A stretch of 64,000 bases of DNA from Trichinella spiralis (GCF_000181795.1 NW_003526945.1:5369306-5433305), one strand, 5' to 3'. Shown: positions 37,081 to 50,988, counted from the stretch's first letter. The notes: a model not told the origin generated them from the letters alone. Program-made: numbers and translations.

Positions 37081-39120
37081 ATGTTGCCTATTGAAGAAAC
37101 AGAGAGTGTGCAACTGAGCGAAATCTTCAGATGCAACTGGAGAATTTGGTTTTCCATCTTCCGGTTGCTAAGAGTAGAGGACATCATGCGCCTGTCCTAC
37201 GCATCGAGAGAAATTAATGCGATGGCGCAGAGCTATTTTAGGTATGAACATTTTGAAACGATCCATTCAGAATGGGCTTCATTTTTCCTAATAATTTATT
37301 ATTATATGATTAATAACGATATGACCTAGTGAGTGATTTAATCAAGTTGACATGTAACAATGATGGGCAAATTTTGAAATTTTATACGATGGTATTTTCT
37401 TTGAATATTGAAATTCATTTTTCTTCTTTACTTTTTCTTGCATATTATTTTACGTTGTTTATGTTTACGTGACAAAATGTGTCTAAAATGTAGATGCGAT
37501 GAATTATAAATTGAATATCAGCTTTATCCACATGTATGATTTTGATCTTTTCAAGCGTGCGAAGTGATCAAACTTCATCACTCTTTTTAGTTGTTTGTAA
37601 AAATGTTCTTCCATTCGCATTCAGTTTGTTAATTTAATTTTTTTTGATTGTTAAAGCAGTTTTCATCACAGTTGGTGGATGTTGTAGAAATGAACAGTAA
37701 TTGTGTTATGAATTTTGTGTTGAAATTATTATTATTTTAGAACATTGAAGACCATCGATTTTTCTGAATTTATACCGTTGCAGTTGAAATTTTCGTCTGA
37801 ATCAAGGGATATGTTTTGCTGGATGATAAAGAATTGTGTTGAAATAACAGAATTGAAAACGATCATAACAGCTAGTCACCTTGTGACACCTTTAGATTTT
37901 CGCGCGATAAGTCGTTTTCGCCATTTGACATTCGTAAGTAAATATGTGTTTATTTAAAAAATTTTTAAATTATATTTCTTTTTCAGCTTGATTTTTCGGG
38001 TTGTTTTATATCCAGTGAAGAATTGTCTAGTGTTTTTTCTCAGCTGTCAAATTTGAAACATCTTAACATGTCTTATATACATCCATTTGGTAGTGAAGCA
38101 GCTACTGGGCAATTCGAAGAGGGCCTAAAATCTGCATTGGAACAATTAAGAAATTTGGAAAGTTTTGTATTTTCAGGAAACAGTTATGTGAGCGGTATGT
38201 GTTTGGCCAATATGGATTGCACCGCAATGAAAAAATTGTCAATTTACCTATCAAGTTTGAATTTGAGGGTGGTGGAAGGTTTCATAAGCCGATGTGGACG
38301 ACTGTGTGAGCTGAACTTGTTGAGTACAGATCATGAGCCGATCAGCGCCACTTCCTTGATACCGATGTTGCAACTTACCAACCCTGTTTTCCTCACACGA
38401 CTGAGCATTTGTTATCGGAGTATCCGATACCTGCACACTTCGGCAAGTGAACTTTGGGCGACTATTCGTCGATTTGTCAATTTGAATTCGTTAGAAATTC
38501 TTTGTGGCTATTTCGTGCGGATAATGTTGGTGGATCAGATAAGATTAAATTTTCCAAATTTGCAACGCCTCAAACTTGAAACAAGTGCAATTGACAGCCT
38601 TCTTGTTCTGTTCTTGATCAAAGAGAGCAATTTGGAAGATTTGTGCTTGGTGAACACTCAGCAGTGTAGACATATTCTGAACGATTTGGTGTTGAACGGC
38701 GCTGTTTGTGCGAGCATTCGACGGTTGGAATTGCACAACTTTTTCTGGCACCCCACCATGAGCAGATGCGTGAATTGTACGTTTCCGAATTTGGAACTGT
38801 TGTCCATCTGTGGTCGCCGGTGGTCCAATGAATGTTTGCTGTCAATGAATATTGAATTTCTCTCGAAATTGAAAACATTGCATGTCGGTGCAATGGACAG
38901 CGAGATAGTCAGCAGCACTGCCATCAACCGACTCTTTTTTCACTGCCAAAACGTTGAAAATCTGGCGTTGACTGCCCTACCGATGACTGATATGATGGCA
39001 CGTACGCTGATGGAACGTTGCACAAAATTGAAGGAGGTGATCATCCACCATGAAAATCAACTTAGCCCCACCGTTTTAACTGCACTACATCGAAAATTTC
39101 TGGTCAAATATTGCGGTTAG
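37081..39120 (+). CDS. F-box/leucine-rich-repeat protein, 3 coding exons
   Basis: Exons 37081-37241, 37741-37933, 37987-39120 in frame. F-box-like IWFSIFRLLRVEDIMRLSYASR followed by many LxxLxL repeats (LTFLDFSGC, LKHLNMSY, LQRLKLE, LELLSICG). Confidence 0.85.
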
Positions 39121-40752
39121 AGCAAGTTGTCTGTTTAGTGTCATTATTTGGTGCAAAAGTAAAATAAGATGTACATAACTGGTGTTTTTTTTCTGAACAC
39201 TTTTGTTAATAAATTTAAAGTCAACAACAACAATGCAAATATTCAATTTTGAACAGTTAGTTCAAATCACAACCAACTGACGCATCAGTAACTTCTCTCA
39301 AACTTTTCACTGAATAATTGTTCAAAATAATTGGACTGATTGCATTTTCAATTTTTCTTTTTTTTTCAAAATTGATTCGTAAACCAAGTTCAACTTAAAC
39401 TCTTTTTTCTTTAAATTCTATTCTACTCATCTTCTACTTGTTGAAACGTTTTCGGACTTGTTTTTAAATTAAATTTAAACTAACATTCACAATAACACAA
39501 CTCTTTATTTGTCGTGGAAAAACATAACCATAAAACGTTAACAATTTTCAAGTTTTATTCTTACTGTAATACGTTTTTTTTCAATCTACTTGAACATATA
39601 TTTATTTCAATGTATTGTTTTTTGAAAATAATAATTATTTTATTAAATTATGTCAAGTTACTAATTTTAAATATTTTTTTAATTGTTGAAAATGAAAATT
39701 AATAAACTGACTTTTATTACTTTACCTACTTTAATTTTGAAAGTACTATTCAAAGACTAAGAAGTATCTATCTGTAGAAGTAAGTTATTATCATTTTTAG
39801 CTGAATTTGAAATTATTACATCACATTTTCAATAGAATAAACTCACCTGCACTTGAATATCACATTTGTGTTCCATCGCCACAGCCCATTGTTGATTACA
39901 GCTTGTATTGCTTGCTACTGTTGTTGTTGTTGTTTTTGTTTTTGTTGTCCACTGCTTTCGACGTCAGCAGCGACATCCCGTTGCTGTTGAATTGAAAGTG
40001 TTAAGTTTTATTCCCTTTGCCGGGTTTATAATTTTGTCCTGCAGTGAAATGAGTCCTGTTGTATGTATGCTGTTATTTGAAAATTGAAATTCAATAAAAT
40101 CAGTTTAACAAAACTATATCATGAAATCAGTTTTTTTCTTCATTTCTTCTCAAAAGAAAAACAGAAACTGTTACTTGCCGATGTTGTTCATCTGAAAGGC
40201 AACTGAATAAAACACAGAAGCAAATAAATTTAGAAAAAAATTGTCGTCGTGAATTTGTTTATCAATGATACTGATATCACCAAATGCTGGGAATGAATAA
40301 TGTATACAGTTATATCATCGAAAAGCCGATCACATTTTAATGATTATAAAATGATAGAACAGAAACACAACTTGTAATTTTGTAGCAACTTTTAAAACCA
40401 ATGTATGTTGATTGATTGATTGATCAATTAATCATTTGGTTAGCGATGCTGATTGATTGAATGAAGTGAGTGAGTGCACGTGCAAAGCGAAATGGAAATT
40501 AATAATAAAGCTGAGAAAATTGAGGAAAAAACAATGAAAATAGAAAATACTGTGTGTGCCAGACGGGATATATATATAATGAATAGCAATGATAGCAGAT
40601 GAACGTACTTGTATAAAAAAGTGAACAAATGAAACAAGAGGACGGACGATAAACCGAACAGTTTGAAATGCTGAATAAAGTGAATTGGAATTAAGCTGTG
40701 AATTAAAAATTTAACATCGACGACAAGTGGTGAATGGGTGGTGCAAAAAATG

Positions 40753-43700
40753 TCACGGGCGTGGAAAATAATCGAGCGGTGACGGTATGCCGACGAACGT
40801 GCTAACATTGTCGGCCAAGGTCCACAACCAACGAGCGTACCAGTGGATGTGGTAGTGAGTTGGAGCAGTTGTGGGTCCGAGTTGTTCGAAAATTGTCGAA
40901 GCCACGTTCCAGTAGAGTCGAGCCGGTGCCATTGAAACGTGGGCCAGCGTTTCGTAACTTGTGCCGGCATAATTGGACGCGAGCACGTCGTCGACGAAAA
41001 TGTTCCCTTCGAGTGTCATTGGTGCGTAAAGACCCTGGCGTTCGATTTCTCCAATTCCAAGTACCGTTGCTCGGCTGATGTCGAATATGCCGTTTCGAAC
41101 GAACACTTGATCGCCGGCTAACAGATCGGCTGCGAATACTGTCTCCATTGAACCACCACTATTGTCGTTGGTCATAGGGTCGACTTTGTAGATCAGATGA
41201 TCCGGGCTGATGGTGAGCAACGTGTCGTTGGAGATGTGCACAGCTTTGAACTTGGCTTTCGTTTGCTGGTCTCGGTGCAAGAACAAAATCACCGGACTGA
41301 ATGTCAACTTGCCGTCGGCTTTCCGAGCGAGCACCCGGTCACCAATCTCCAACTCGTCCATCCTCTTGCGTCCATTTTCTTTGGTGAGAACGGTCGACGA
41401 TCCGGCAAAACAGTTCAACATTCTCTTGGTGCGAAATACGCTGTCTGAAAGTTTTCATAATTATCCAAACAAAAAGAAAATAATTCAAATTATCACAACA
41501 CCACACCCGGCTGAACTGACGCGTGCACGTGCAAGTGGGATTCGTAATAGACCCAGTCGAAGCCAGCTTGGATTGCCAGTCTGGCCAACATGCCGAGCTT
41601 GTTGCGATCTCGATCCGAAGTTGTTATATCCACCGCCCTACCCTCGTAATGCAAAGCACTTCTCGAATAACGATTCTGCTCATACCACGCGTCTATGACT
41701 CGCAATTTCACATTTGGCCAATAATTCATCGTCAAAATTGCCAACATGTCCAACTTTTGCTTGCATCTCTGAAAAATTGCATTTCAATTTCAAAATTACT
41801 TACTTTTTCTTCCACTGAAATGAATCCAATGAATGAATGAATGAATGAATATACACTTTTACATCTACTGATATCAACAACCTTCTTTATGATAATAATA
41901 ACAATATTTAAAATTCAAATTCAATTCAAACTGAGAAAATGGTACATAATGATCAAATTGTTAAATTAACCTAATGACGATAAAGAAAAAGAAAAATTTC
42001 CGTTGAAATGTAATATAATTAATTTATTGTGCTTTTTCTTGTTGTGTGTTGTTGGTTGTTGTTCAGAGGGTCACTTGTGATGACCGGTATCGTATATTGA
42101 CGCGGTGTGGGGGCTTTTTTTCCCGATTGGTATGGTTTGCAGAAGTGAAGAGGAGGAAAAAGTCTATCATCTCGGTGTTGGATTTGGTTTGACAAATAAT
42201 AATAAAAACGGTGTGGAGAAATAAAATTTGCAAATTGCATTAAAACAATAATTGTGAATCAACGAAAAGAGCAAAAAATGAATTCTTTGCAAATTTGAAA
42301 AGTTCTACTTAATAAGAAGATGTGTGTCCATGCACGCATGGATGGATGCGTGTGTGAGAGCTAAATCATCGGTCAGGTCAAGTTGATTGAACGTGGTGTC
42401 TCGTCGGCTCCGGTTGCTTGCTGTATTCTATTAGCACCACGTGTGCAACTATGCCGGCAGTGGTCAGGCCAAGTTGACGACGTGTCCGTCTGTCGCCTGA
42501 AGGAGGAGGATGAGGAGGACTTCGGTCTGGACGACCCCTGTGGATGACATTCACGAGCTGAGCAGGCCGTTTCTTTTTGGGCAAAGTTTATTCGGTTTTC
42601 GCTTGTCGCAGTCCACATCCTTCTTCTCCCCCTGGGCAGATTGTTTGTCCGGTGCTCTCGACTCCGGCGGTCAACGACCACAGAAAAACAACGAACCACT
42701 TGGTTCGGTACTTGATAAAGCCCGTACCCTTCTCGGACAAACAAAAGGAGCAACGATCGCAGTTTGCCAGAGTTGTGCTTTGTTTGTTGACCCGTTTGAC
42801 AAGCGCCAGTTTGCTTAATCATGTTTGCAGACGCCATCATCATCAAGCTAGCTAGCATCCAAAGTTCAAGCAAACGGCGCTCTCACTTTGCACGTCAGTT
42901 GACCCTCATTGCGTCATCCAATCCGGAATGGATTAGCCAAACTGAACCAAAAAAAATGGCCATCATCCATCCGCATCCATAACAAAAAAAAGTATACTCT
43001 AGAGTTCTGCCATGGGTTTTTCAGAATATTAAAATAAAATTTATCTCGTAATGAAGAAAACCAACCAACCAACTAACTCACCCACACAATTTTGCTAAAG
43101 TTTTTTTCTCAGAAAAATAGTGTTTATCGAAAAAAATCTTAAACTATGAATTAATAATTGAACAATATACTACGAGCTAAACACTTCATCTGTCCGAAGC
43201 TAAACAAACGTCTCATTAGCTAATGGTCGCATTGAAGAGCACGTCAAAATGACAATAAATTTCTTTTTCCTTTTGAACTTCAGCGTGCAATTTTAACAAT
43301 TATTTCAGGCATGAACAAGAACAGAAAAAGAAAACCAAATAAATATACTCGGACGACATTGTCTTATCAGAAGCTTCTTCTTCCATGTAAATGTTTGGTT
43401 GTTCTGTTATACTTTTTATAATACTTAAAACAAAAAAACAAAAAAAGTAAAATAATGCGATGCATCAGAAGGCGTGGCATTCTGCGGAAGCGAAAAAGGG
43501 TTAGAGGAAATTTTGTACTGACTGCCCTGCTAGGAAGAAGCAGACAATGAATGTACAAGTGACAAGCAAGTGTTGCATTTTCGTCACGCTGTTCTGTTGC
43601 ACATCTCAATGCAAGTGACAGTTGAAGAACAGAAAAAATTTCCTTGTCACTTACTTGTATTGTAGTTTTAGATCAGTTGAAAAGTTTCCCCCCCCCCCAA

Positions 43701-44351
43701 AAAAAAATAAAGAAAAGCTACTGCTAAAAGCTAAAAACCTGAACTCTGTTGAGGAGGTTAAATTTGTTTTTGGATTTTACTTGAACGCACAGAATAAAGT
43801 GCTAATAATCGCGATTCATTCACCTGACGGTTGGTTGTAAATTTGTATCAAATTTACACGTTCTTCAAACAAATATACTATAATTATTATTACAAGTACC
43901 AAATTCCACCCGTAATCTTGCGTGCATTTCCAAATATTCAAAGTATGTTAACCTTTTGTTCGTTTCTTTATAAATTATGAATTATTAAAAAAAAATCACT
44001 TACGTATGTCATCATGCGATCAGCACCGGTATTTTCTTCGTCTCTGAAAATGATGTCCGGATTGTTGTTTTGGACAAGCCTCTTGAAGCCGGGATCTGAG
44101 CGACGAATGCGCAATTCGGCGGCACCTGCCGAACCAGGCGCATTTTCCGGTTCGTTCGGAAAACGCTCGTTGTAAATCAATGGATAGTACTTCTTGTACG
44201 CCATACCGGCCATCCTGCCGCTAGACGCGCATCCCTGGCAGCAGCTCCGCACGCAAATTGCCCAAACGAGCAGTACTACATAACCAGCGCACGGCTGCCG
44301 CCTGCGGCTTGCTCTCACCGACACTTTACGTCTCGCAACTTCACTTTCCAT
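40753..44351 (-). CDS. hh: Hedgehog precursor (signal peptide + Hedge + Hint/SRR), 3 coding exons
   Basis: Exons 44351-44004, 41768-41507, 41444-40753. [60 protein letters not shown] autoprocessing start, [22 protein letters not shown] and HWYARWL (SRR). Both introns lie at the positions typical of animal hh genes. Confidence 0.97.
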
Positions 44352-47300
44352 ATACATATATACACATACATATATATATACATGCATATATATACATATA
44401 TGGAAATTGTATATTAGACAAGGCGTGGTTTGATGACCACTGCTCCAAATGCAACGAAGTGACAGTTAGCTGTTGTAGGAAAATCTACTAGTTTCGTTGT
44501 GCGGCAAAACAACGTCAAGCTTGAAGTGAGCACCATGGCCGGCAAGCTCGGTCTTTTATTTAGCTACAGACTGAGACGCCACCTAGCGACCGTAGATAAC
44601 GACAGCGATGTTGCTTCTTTATCTATCATTTCTTTTGTTCTGCACTGTTTTTGTTTTTTCTAGCCTAAACAAATACAACACGTCGATCGTTGACCACTTT
44701 GTACCTTGAGCACCACCGCCAACAGTACACTTTGGCCGAATGAACGTTGCTAGAAAAAGTTACAGAAAGAAAAAAAAGAAGATCACACCAACTTAACATG
44801 AATTATAGTTGTGTGAATTAATCTATAACAACCAAATTTATATATATATATATATATATATCGGTGACGACAATCAAAATTTGCTTCTTTGAAATAATTA
44901 AAAGTGCACATTTAAAGCATAGCAAATAGTGAGAAAAAAAAATAAATCAACTAGTGCTATAAAAGCGGTCTTGAAATATTTGAATTAATTTCACAGCGTT
45001 TTTAGTGCACATCAAAGTTTTTATGAGCACTATTAAAATTTTTATCAACAGATGTGCTGCTGCTGCTGCTGCAATGCGACATGTATTTCCTTTCGAAATA
45101 TCGCAAAATGAAAAATATGCTTCACAAAACAACACCTGCTCATGGAAATAGTTATATGACAAAAAATAATAAGAAAAGCTTCACGCGTGACAGATTTATG
45201 AGAATCAAGTGATGTGAAAAATTCTGCTTATGCTTTGAAAAATGGACGTTTTGTTGAACATAACAATTTAAAACGTTTTCCCCTTGGATCAGCAAAAAAT
45301 TACGCATCATTTTTGATTTTTTTTTGGTTTGAACAATTGTAATCGAAACTGCTGTGTGCTGCTAATTTATGCTATGTTCACCGAGTGATGAAAAATTGAA
45401 TTTCTAATTTTTTTTCAAATTAAGAATAACGTGTATCAAATAGTGTAAAGCAGAAGAAATGCAAACACCGTTGCAACAAAGCTTCTCTTTCCCACAACGG
45501 TAACTGATTTTGTGGAGTTGCAATGTGTTGAATTTTTTTTTCTTCTTTACAAATTTCATACCATCTCCGAGCATCGATGAGAAAATATGAATGCAAATCG
45601 AAAAGAAGAACAGAAATATAATCACAAGTGAGATTTTGATGAAATGTAGAAAGAAAAGAATTTTATACATTCACCGTAAGTGGGAAAATTTTCGAGATGA
45701 AATTTGTTACTGTTGTCATGCTCAAATTTAAAATTTTATTTCTGCAGAAACTTGCTTTGTTTGATAATGCTAATTAAATGTAAAAAAAGCATAGTTGTCT
45801 GTCTTACTTGTCGTTTTTTTGAGAACGAACAAAATTGTACACGCACAACAAGGTTCTTTGTTGTCAAATATATAGTCTAGTCTGTTTACTTTGATTGGAT
45901 GGATATCCATTTTTCAATTGGCTACAATGAAAAAAAAATTATTAATTATACTACTGCTGTTACTGCTAATAATAATGATGATGATGATGATGAAAATTTT
46001 GTTGACATTTTCAAACAAATTACAATTCTAAATTGATCGTAGTCTTTTAGAGAACAAAAAGATAAGATTTATTCAATTATTAATAAATTGAATATTTGCA
46101 ACATTTGTAATAATATTGTCAAGAATTTTAACTTTCAAATAGTTCATAGTAGAAGAAAAAAGACGAAAAGTTGAAGCTGAAAATGTTTGTATCAATTATT
46201 TTACCTTGGAAATTGCCTTCGTTGTTCGTTTCTGTCCATCGTGAGACAAACAAATAAATTTTCCAAAATTCAACCTTGTCCTTCACACTTACTTTACACA
46301 GGAAAAAGCTTTCAACATTTTTCTTTTTTATCAATGAATATGATGAATGAAAAGCTGGAATCATGTTTGATTTTTGGCACAAAGCAACACAATCAAAAAT
46401 GAACCAATTTAACAGTAAAATATGAAAACACCTCTACACACCCCCACCGACTTCACATCCCATCCCGCCGGCTAGTTGGTTAGGGAAAAATCTTTCGACA
46501 ACTTTCCTTCTGTTGTACACATTCAGTTCTGTGACGCAAACGTGTGACAAATTGACAGTCGTGTATCTTTTTGGGGAAAATTTTAAAACAAATAAACATT
46601 ATCCTAAGCAGAGAGAGAGAGAGAGAAAGGATCGTCGGATGATAAGTACCATGAAATACGGCACTCATCCTTCGATGTGAAATTTTGAAAAAATTTTTTG
46701 ATTATGCGTTTTTCACACGTCAAATTGTTGTTACTGTTGTTCGGTTCCCTGAATTTTTGAACACAACTCTCTTCTGTATATGCATCGCGGTTGTTGGGAT
46801 GCTTTAAACTGGCTGTTTGCCGTTGATTATTGATTGATCCATTCGAAAAGACTCAGCCAACATAACAACAATGAACGAGAGAAAGAGAGAACACACCGTT
46901 TGGAATTTTAGCTTCAAGCCCAAAACGCGTTTCAATCTATATATCATCACGACGACTACTGTGCAAGTAAAACTTCTCTTTTCGCCATTGATAAATTCAA
47001 TTTCTCATTAAATTTTCATCTATATAAACAGTGCGGATCAGTCTGCAAATACGTACATAGAGAAGACACAGAGACAATGTAAGAGAGGGAGGGAGGGAGG
47101 GAATTTTATCACTTTTCCAAATGATCGTCATTGGATTTTATGGTGAAAATTTATTTTCCTTTTGTCCATTTTAATATTCGAATTGCCCTACTGAATGAAA
47201 TGAGCCAATTGTTCATTTCAATATTATACTGTTCGTGAAAAATAAATTTTCTACTAAAATGAAACAAAATGTTCACTGTGAAACTGTAATTATCCATCTG

Positions 47301-48747
47301 CATATATCACACGAAACCCCCACTCAGTCAGCCGACATTAACTTTGGATTTGATTTTTTTTTCTTATTTAAATAAATAAAATACCGAGATTTTGATTTCA
47401 AATCAATGAAAAACAGAACATTACTATTAATAGATGTTGTTGTTTCAGCGTTTTGGTTTGATATAATTGTTCATATTGTCCAAAAAAGTTGCTCTGAGAG
47501 AACAACAACCCTCGTTCTGGTTGCTTGCCATCAGTGTAACTATAATACATATATGGAACATTTAAAAATTTTAAGTCAAAAAATAAACTTGAAAAAAAGA
47601 AAAAAAGCAAACACCAACAGAATGGAAAAAAAGCTCTATCCGTCCTTACCGTTGATCCATTGATGATTTTAATTAAGTGGGTGAATTTTCAACGAAATGA
47701 CAATGAACATTATTGGGTTGAAATTATTCAACCAAACTGTGCTTGTTTGTGAGTAAATAAACGAATTAGGAATAATAAAATCGAAATGTTGAAAACAAAG
47801 CAAAGTGGAAGTAAATATTTCAAAGAAGGAGAAAGAAAGAAAGAAAGAAAGAAAGAAAGGTACTTCTTTTTACTTTTCTCGTTCCTTGTCACTTTGTCTA
47901 CCGTGTTGCTGTGCTCGAGTTGAAGAATAAAATAAAGTAAATAACAGTAATAATAATAATAATAATAATAATATTCATATAATGAAACGAATAAAATTCC
48001 AGTGCCAGAAGTTGAATTTGCATCTAAACGGCACACTAAGATGTGTCAGCAACACTGCACTGTACAACATGAAACACACTGACCGCCAGCCACCAGTCGT
48101 CAGCTGAGGTCTTTTTAAAATTAAGCACAGCAAATGAAGAAATCAAGGCACTGTTCTTGCGGTTGACAAATATGATGATACAGATAAAAAATTAATATTT
48201 TCAAAGAAAAAAAACAGTACGCTGACTAGTTCACAGAACATACATCCATGCATGCAAAGATGGATGGATGGATGGATAGATGTTTGCAAAGAGAACAAGC
48301 GACAGGTGAGAAACTAGGAAACAAGAGCAGTATTTGATTAAATAATACTCGACTGATGACGAAACGATGCTTGCTTGCTTGCAGCAGCAGTGCACAGTAT
48401 TTTGCTTTTCAGCAGCTAGCCAGTCACTTTTCTGTTGACCGAATTGTGTGTGACATTCCAGATGGATAGATATTTTCTTTTTTCATCTTCTTCCATCCAC
48501 CTTTCCAATACTTTTTTTACACACAGCACGCTTCATCAGATCCACAACCGAAGCCCGAAACATGCAGCACAGCATGTGTTCGTTGCATTCTTTCTTCTGT
48601 TCACAATTGGTCGGTATATTTATTAATATACATATATTTTTTTTGTTTTTCTCAGTCTCTTCTCACTTTCTCTCTTCTCTCATCTTTCTCTTTATACTGA
48701 GATGATGCTTGTTGGTTGATAAAAGTGCAAGCATTACATCTAGTCAT

Positions 48748-48856
48748 TCATAATAATAATAATAGTAGTAGTATTAACAACAACAATAGTAGTAGTAGTA
48801 GTAGTAGTAGGAGTAGGAGTAGTAATAGTAGATAATAGTAGTAGTAGAGTAGCAGC
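48748..48856. repeat. Compound trinucleotide microsatellite (ATA/GTA/GGAGTA)
   Basis: Directly visible. Confidence 0.85.
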
Positions 48857-49112
48857 TACATTTTGCAAACACTTCGTCGTCCAAGACAATTGCTTTACAA
48901 AGTGGGCAAGGATAAAACAAATGCTTTCAAATATCAAATAAAGATTAATATAATATATGCTCTCTGCGACCAGCTTGCGCTCAAATAATTAAATAAGTAA
49001 ACGCCAAAAACGGTCGGTAAAAAATACCAGTCTGAGTAGAGGTTTAAAACAACAGCCAAAAAAAGCAAAAACGAGAGGCGCATTGTGTGAAAGGCACGAC
49101 CGGGCCGGCCCA

Positions 49113-50946
49113 CTATTTTGTGGTGTGAGTCAGTCGATAAACCCGATGCTGCGACCCATCTCCATCAGAAATTTCAAACACAAACGCAATGCACAGTAAC
49201 GTTTCTTGTGTTTCTTTCGTAGTCACCAGCTAAAGAAAGTAGTGGGAAAATGAGCAAAATTTAAAATATCGTCCATAACCAGGCGGACGAGTCAATCCAA
49301 TCCCAACGCGACTACCCAAAAAAAACCCCACCCCAACCTTCATCACGTACCTGTAAAATTGTAAAATTTTCCAAAACGCTGTTCATCATGTAACGTTCTG
49401 GCAACTTTTTCAGCTTGTGAATAAAATTGTTCATATATTCACACATCGGTGAACGCGTGATGCGATAAACCAGACGACCCTTTTCAAATTTCGGATATTC
49501 GTGCTGCAACGAAAGAACAGTCTTAGAAACGATATGAATTATCTGCAAATTCTGCAAAGCTTTATATATACTTTTTACCTCTACTTTTTCGACAACTTGT
49601 TTACCAAATGAGCAAACTTTGGTCGACACACTAATCGTCATAGTTTCATTGCTTTCATACCTGAAATTCAGGAAAATTTGGTGTAATTCGACAATCACTG
49701 TTTCTCATCCTCCCCCACCCCACCCCATCTCTCCGCTTGCTTATTATACCTGCTGTCGACAGCGAACAGTGCAGCCTGTTCATCAGGGACGTTAAAGCTT
49801 ACATCGGCCCAGAATTTCACTAGAAAGAATGCATTTTGCGGCCCTCGTTCGTAGAGTTCGCGCAAGCCCGTTTTTCCAGAGGGGAATTTGTCAAATACTT
49901 GAGATATGTCGATTGCCTGAAACAGTGGAATCAATTGATTGTCGATTCGCTGATTGAAGCTGAAATTTTCAAATTCCAACAAACTTCGAGCAGAGGATCC
50001 GCATGAGTGACTGCACTGCTGATACGTACCAGCTCGTGACGCCTGGTTGGGTCGGCAGGGTTTGGTAAGCAGTATGCGCTGAAATCGCACAACCTGAAAA
50101 ATGGAAGAAAATTCGTCATATTTTCACCAAACATACTGAAGTTGGCAAAATATATACCTGATCCTGGGACTGCACACCGTTCGCCCTTCCCAAACTGGCG
50201 TGAGGGCGTGCTGGGCTGTCAACGAAAGAGACCCGGGCGAGTAGCCGGCCAATGAAACTGGGGTGGGTCTCTGAAAGGTGTAATTGACAGCCGCAGCCGC
50301 CGCGGCAGCCGCCGCCGCGGTGGGATTCATTGGACTGAACGGTTTGACGTCGGCCACGTCGCCAGGCGAAGCCCCACTGACCAGCGGATTCGCCAACGTG
50401 GTCGAAGGGGGCGGAGAGAAACCCGGTTGCCAAAACGAAGGAGCAGCACCGTAAAGGCCGGTCAAACCGGCGGCCGTAATTTTGCTGTGCATCGGACTCA
50501 TGCTGACAATTTGGGCGCTGCTCATGTTGCTCAAGTTGTTCAACGCTTTTTCCTTAGCACCGTGTTCCTAGAAAATCGAGACAAATTTTCTCTTTCACCA
50601 CTTTCACATATTATTCACAATTCGACGACAAACTGCAAATTCCAACAACGCCGCCACACCCCCAAAATACAGATACAACAACAACAACAACAACAACAAC
50701 TTGAACATTCCACAACTTTTGAAATTTACAGTTATATAGCTAAAAATTTCCCTTTTTCTTTTACATTGTTTTTTTCAATGTGTACTAGGATTTTTTATAA
50801 AAAAAAGAAATGTTCATCATGTGTATATAATTTTATATCAACCGACAAAATCAATAAAAACTTTTGTTTTTCATGTGAAAAAGTGAAAAAGAAAAAATAC
50901 AATACACTGCATATATATACATATCGTACGTTTGGACACGTACTGA

Positions 50947-50988
<42 letters not shown>

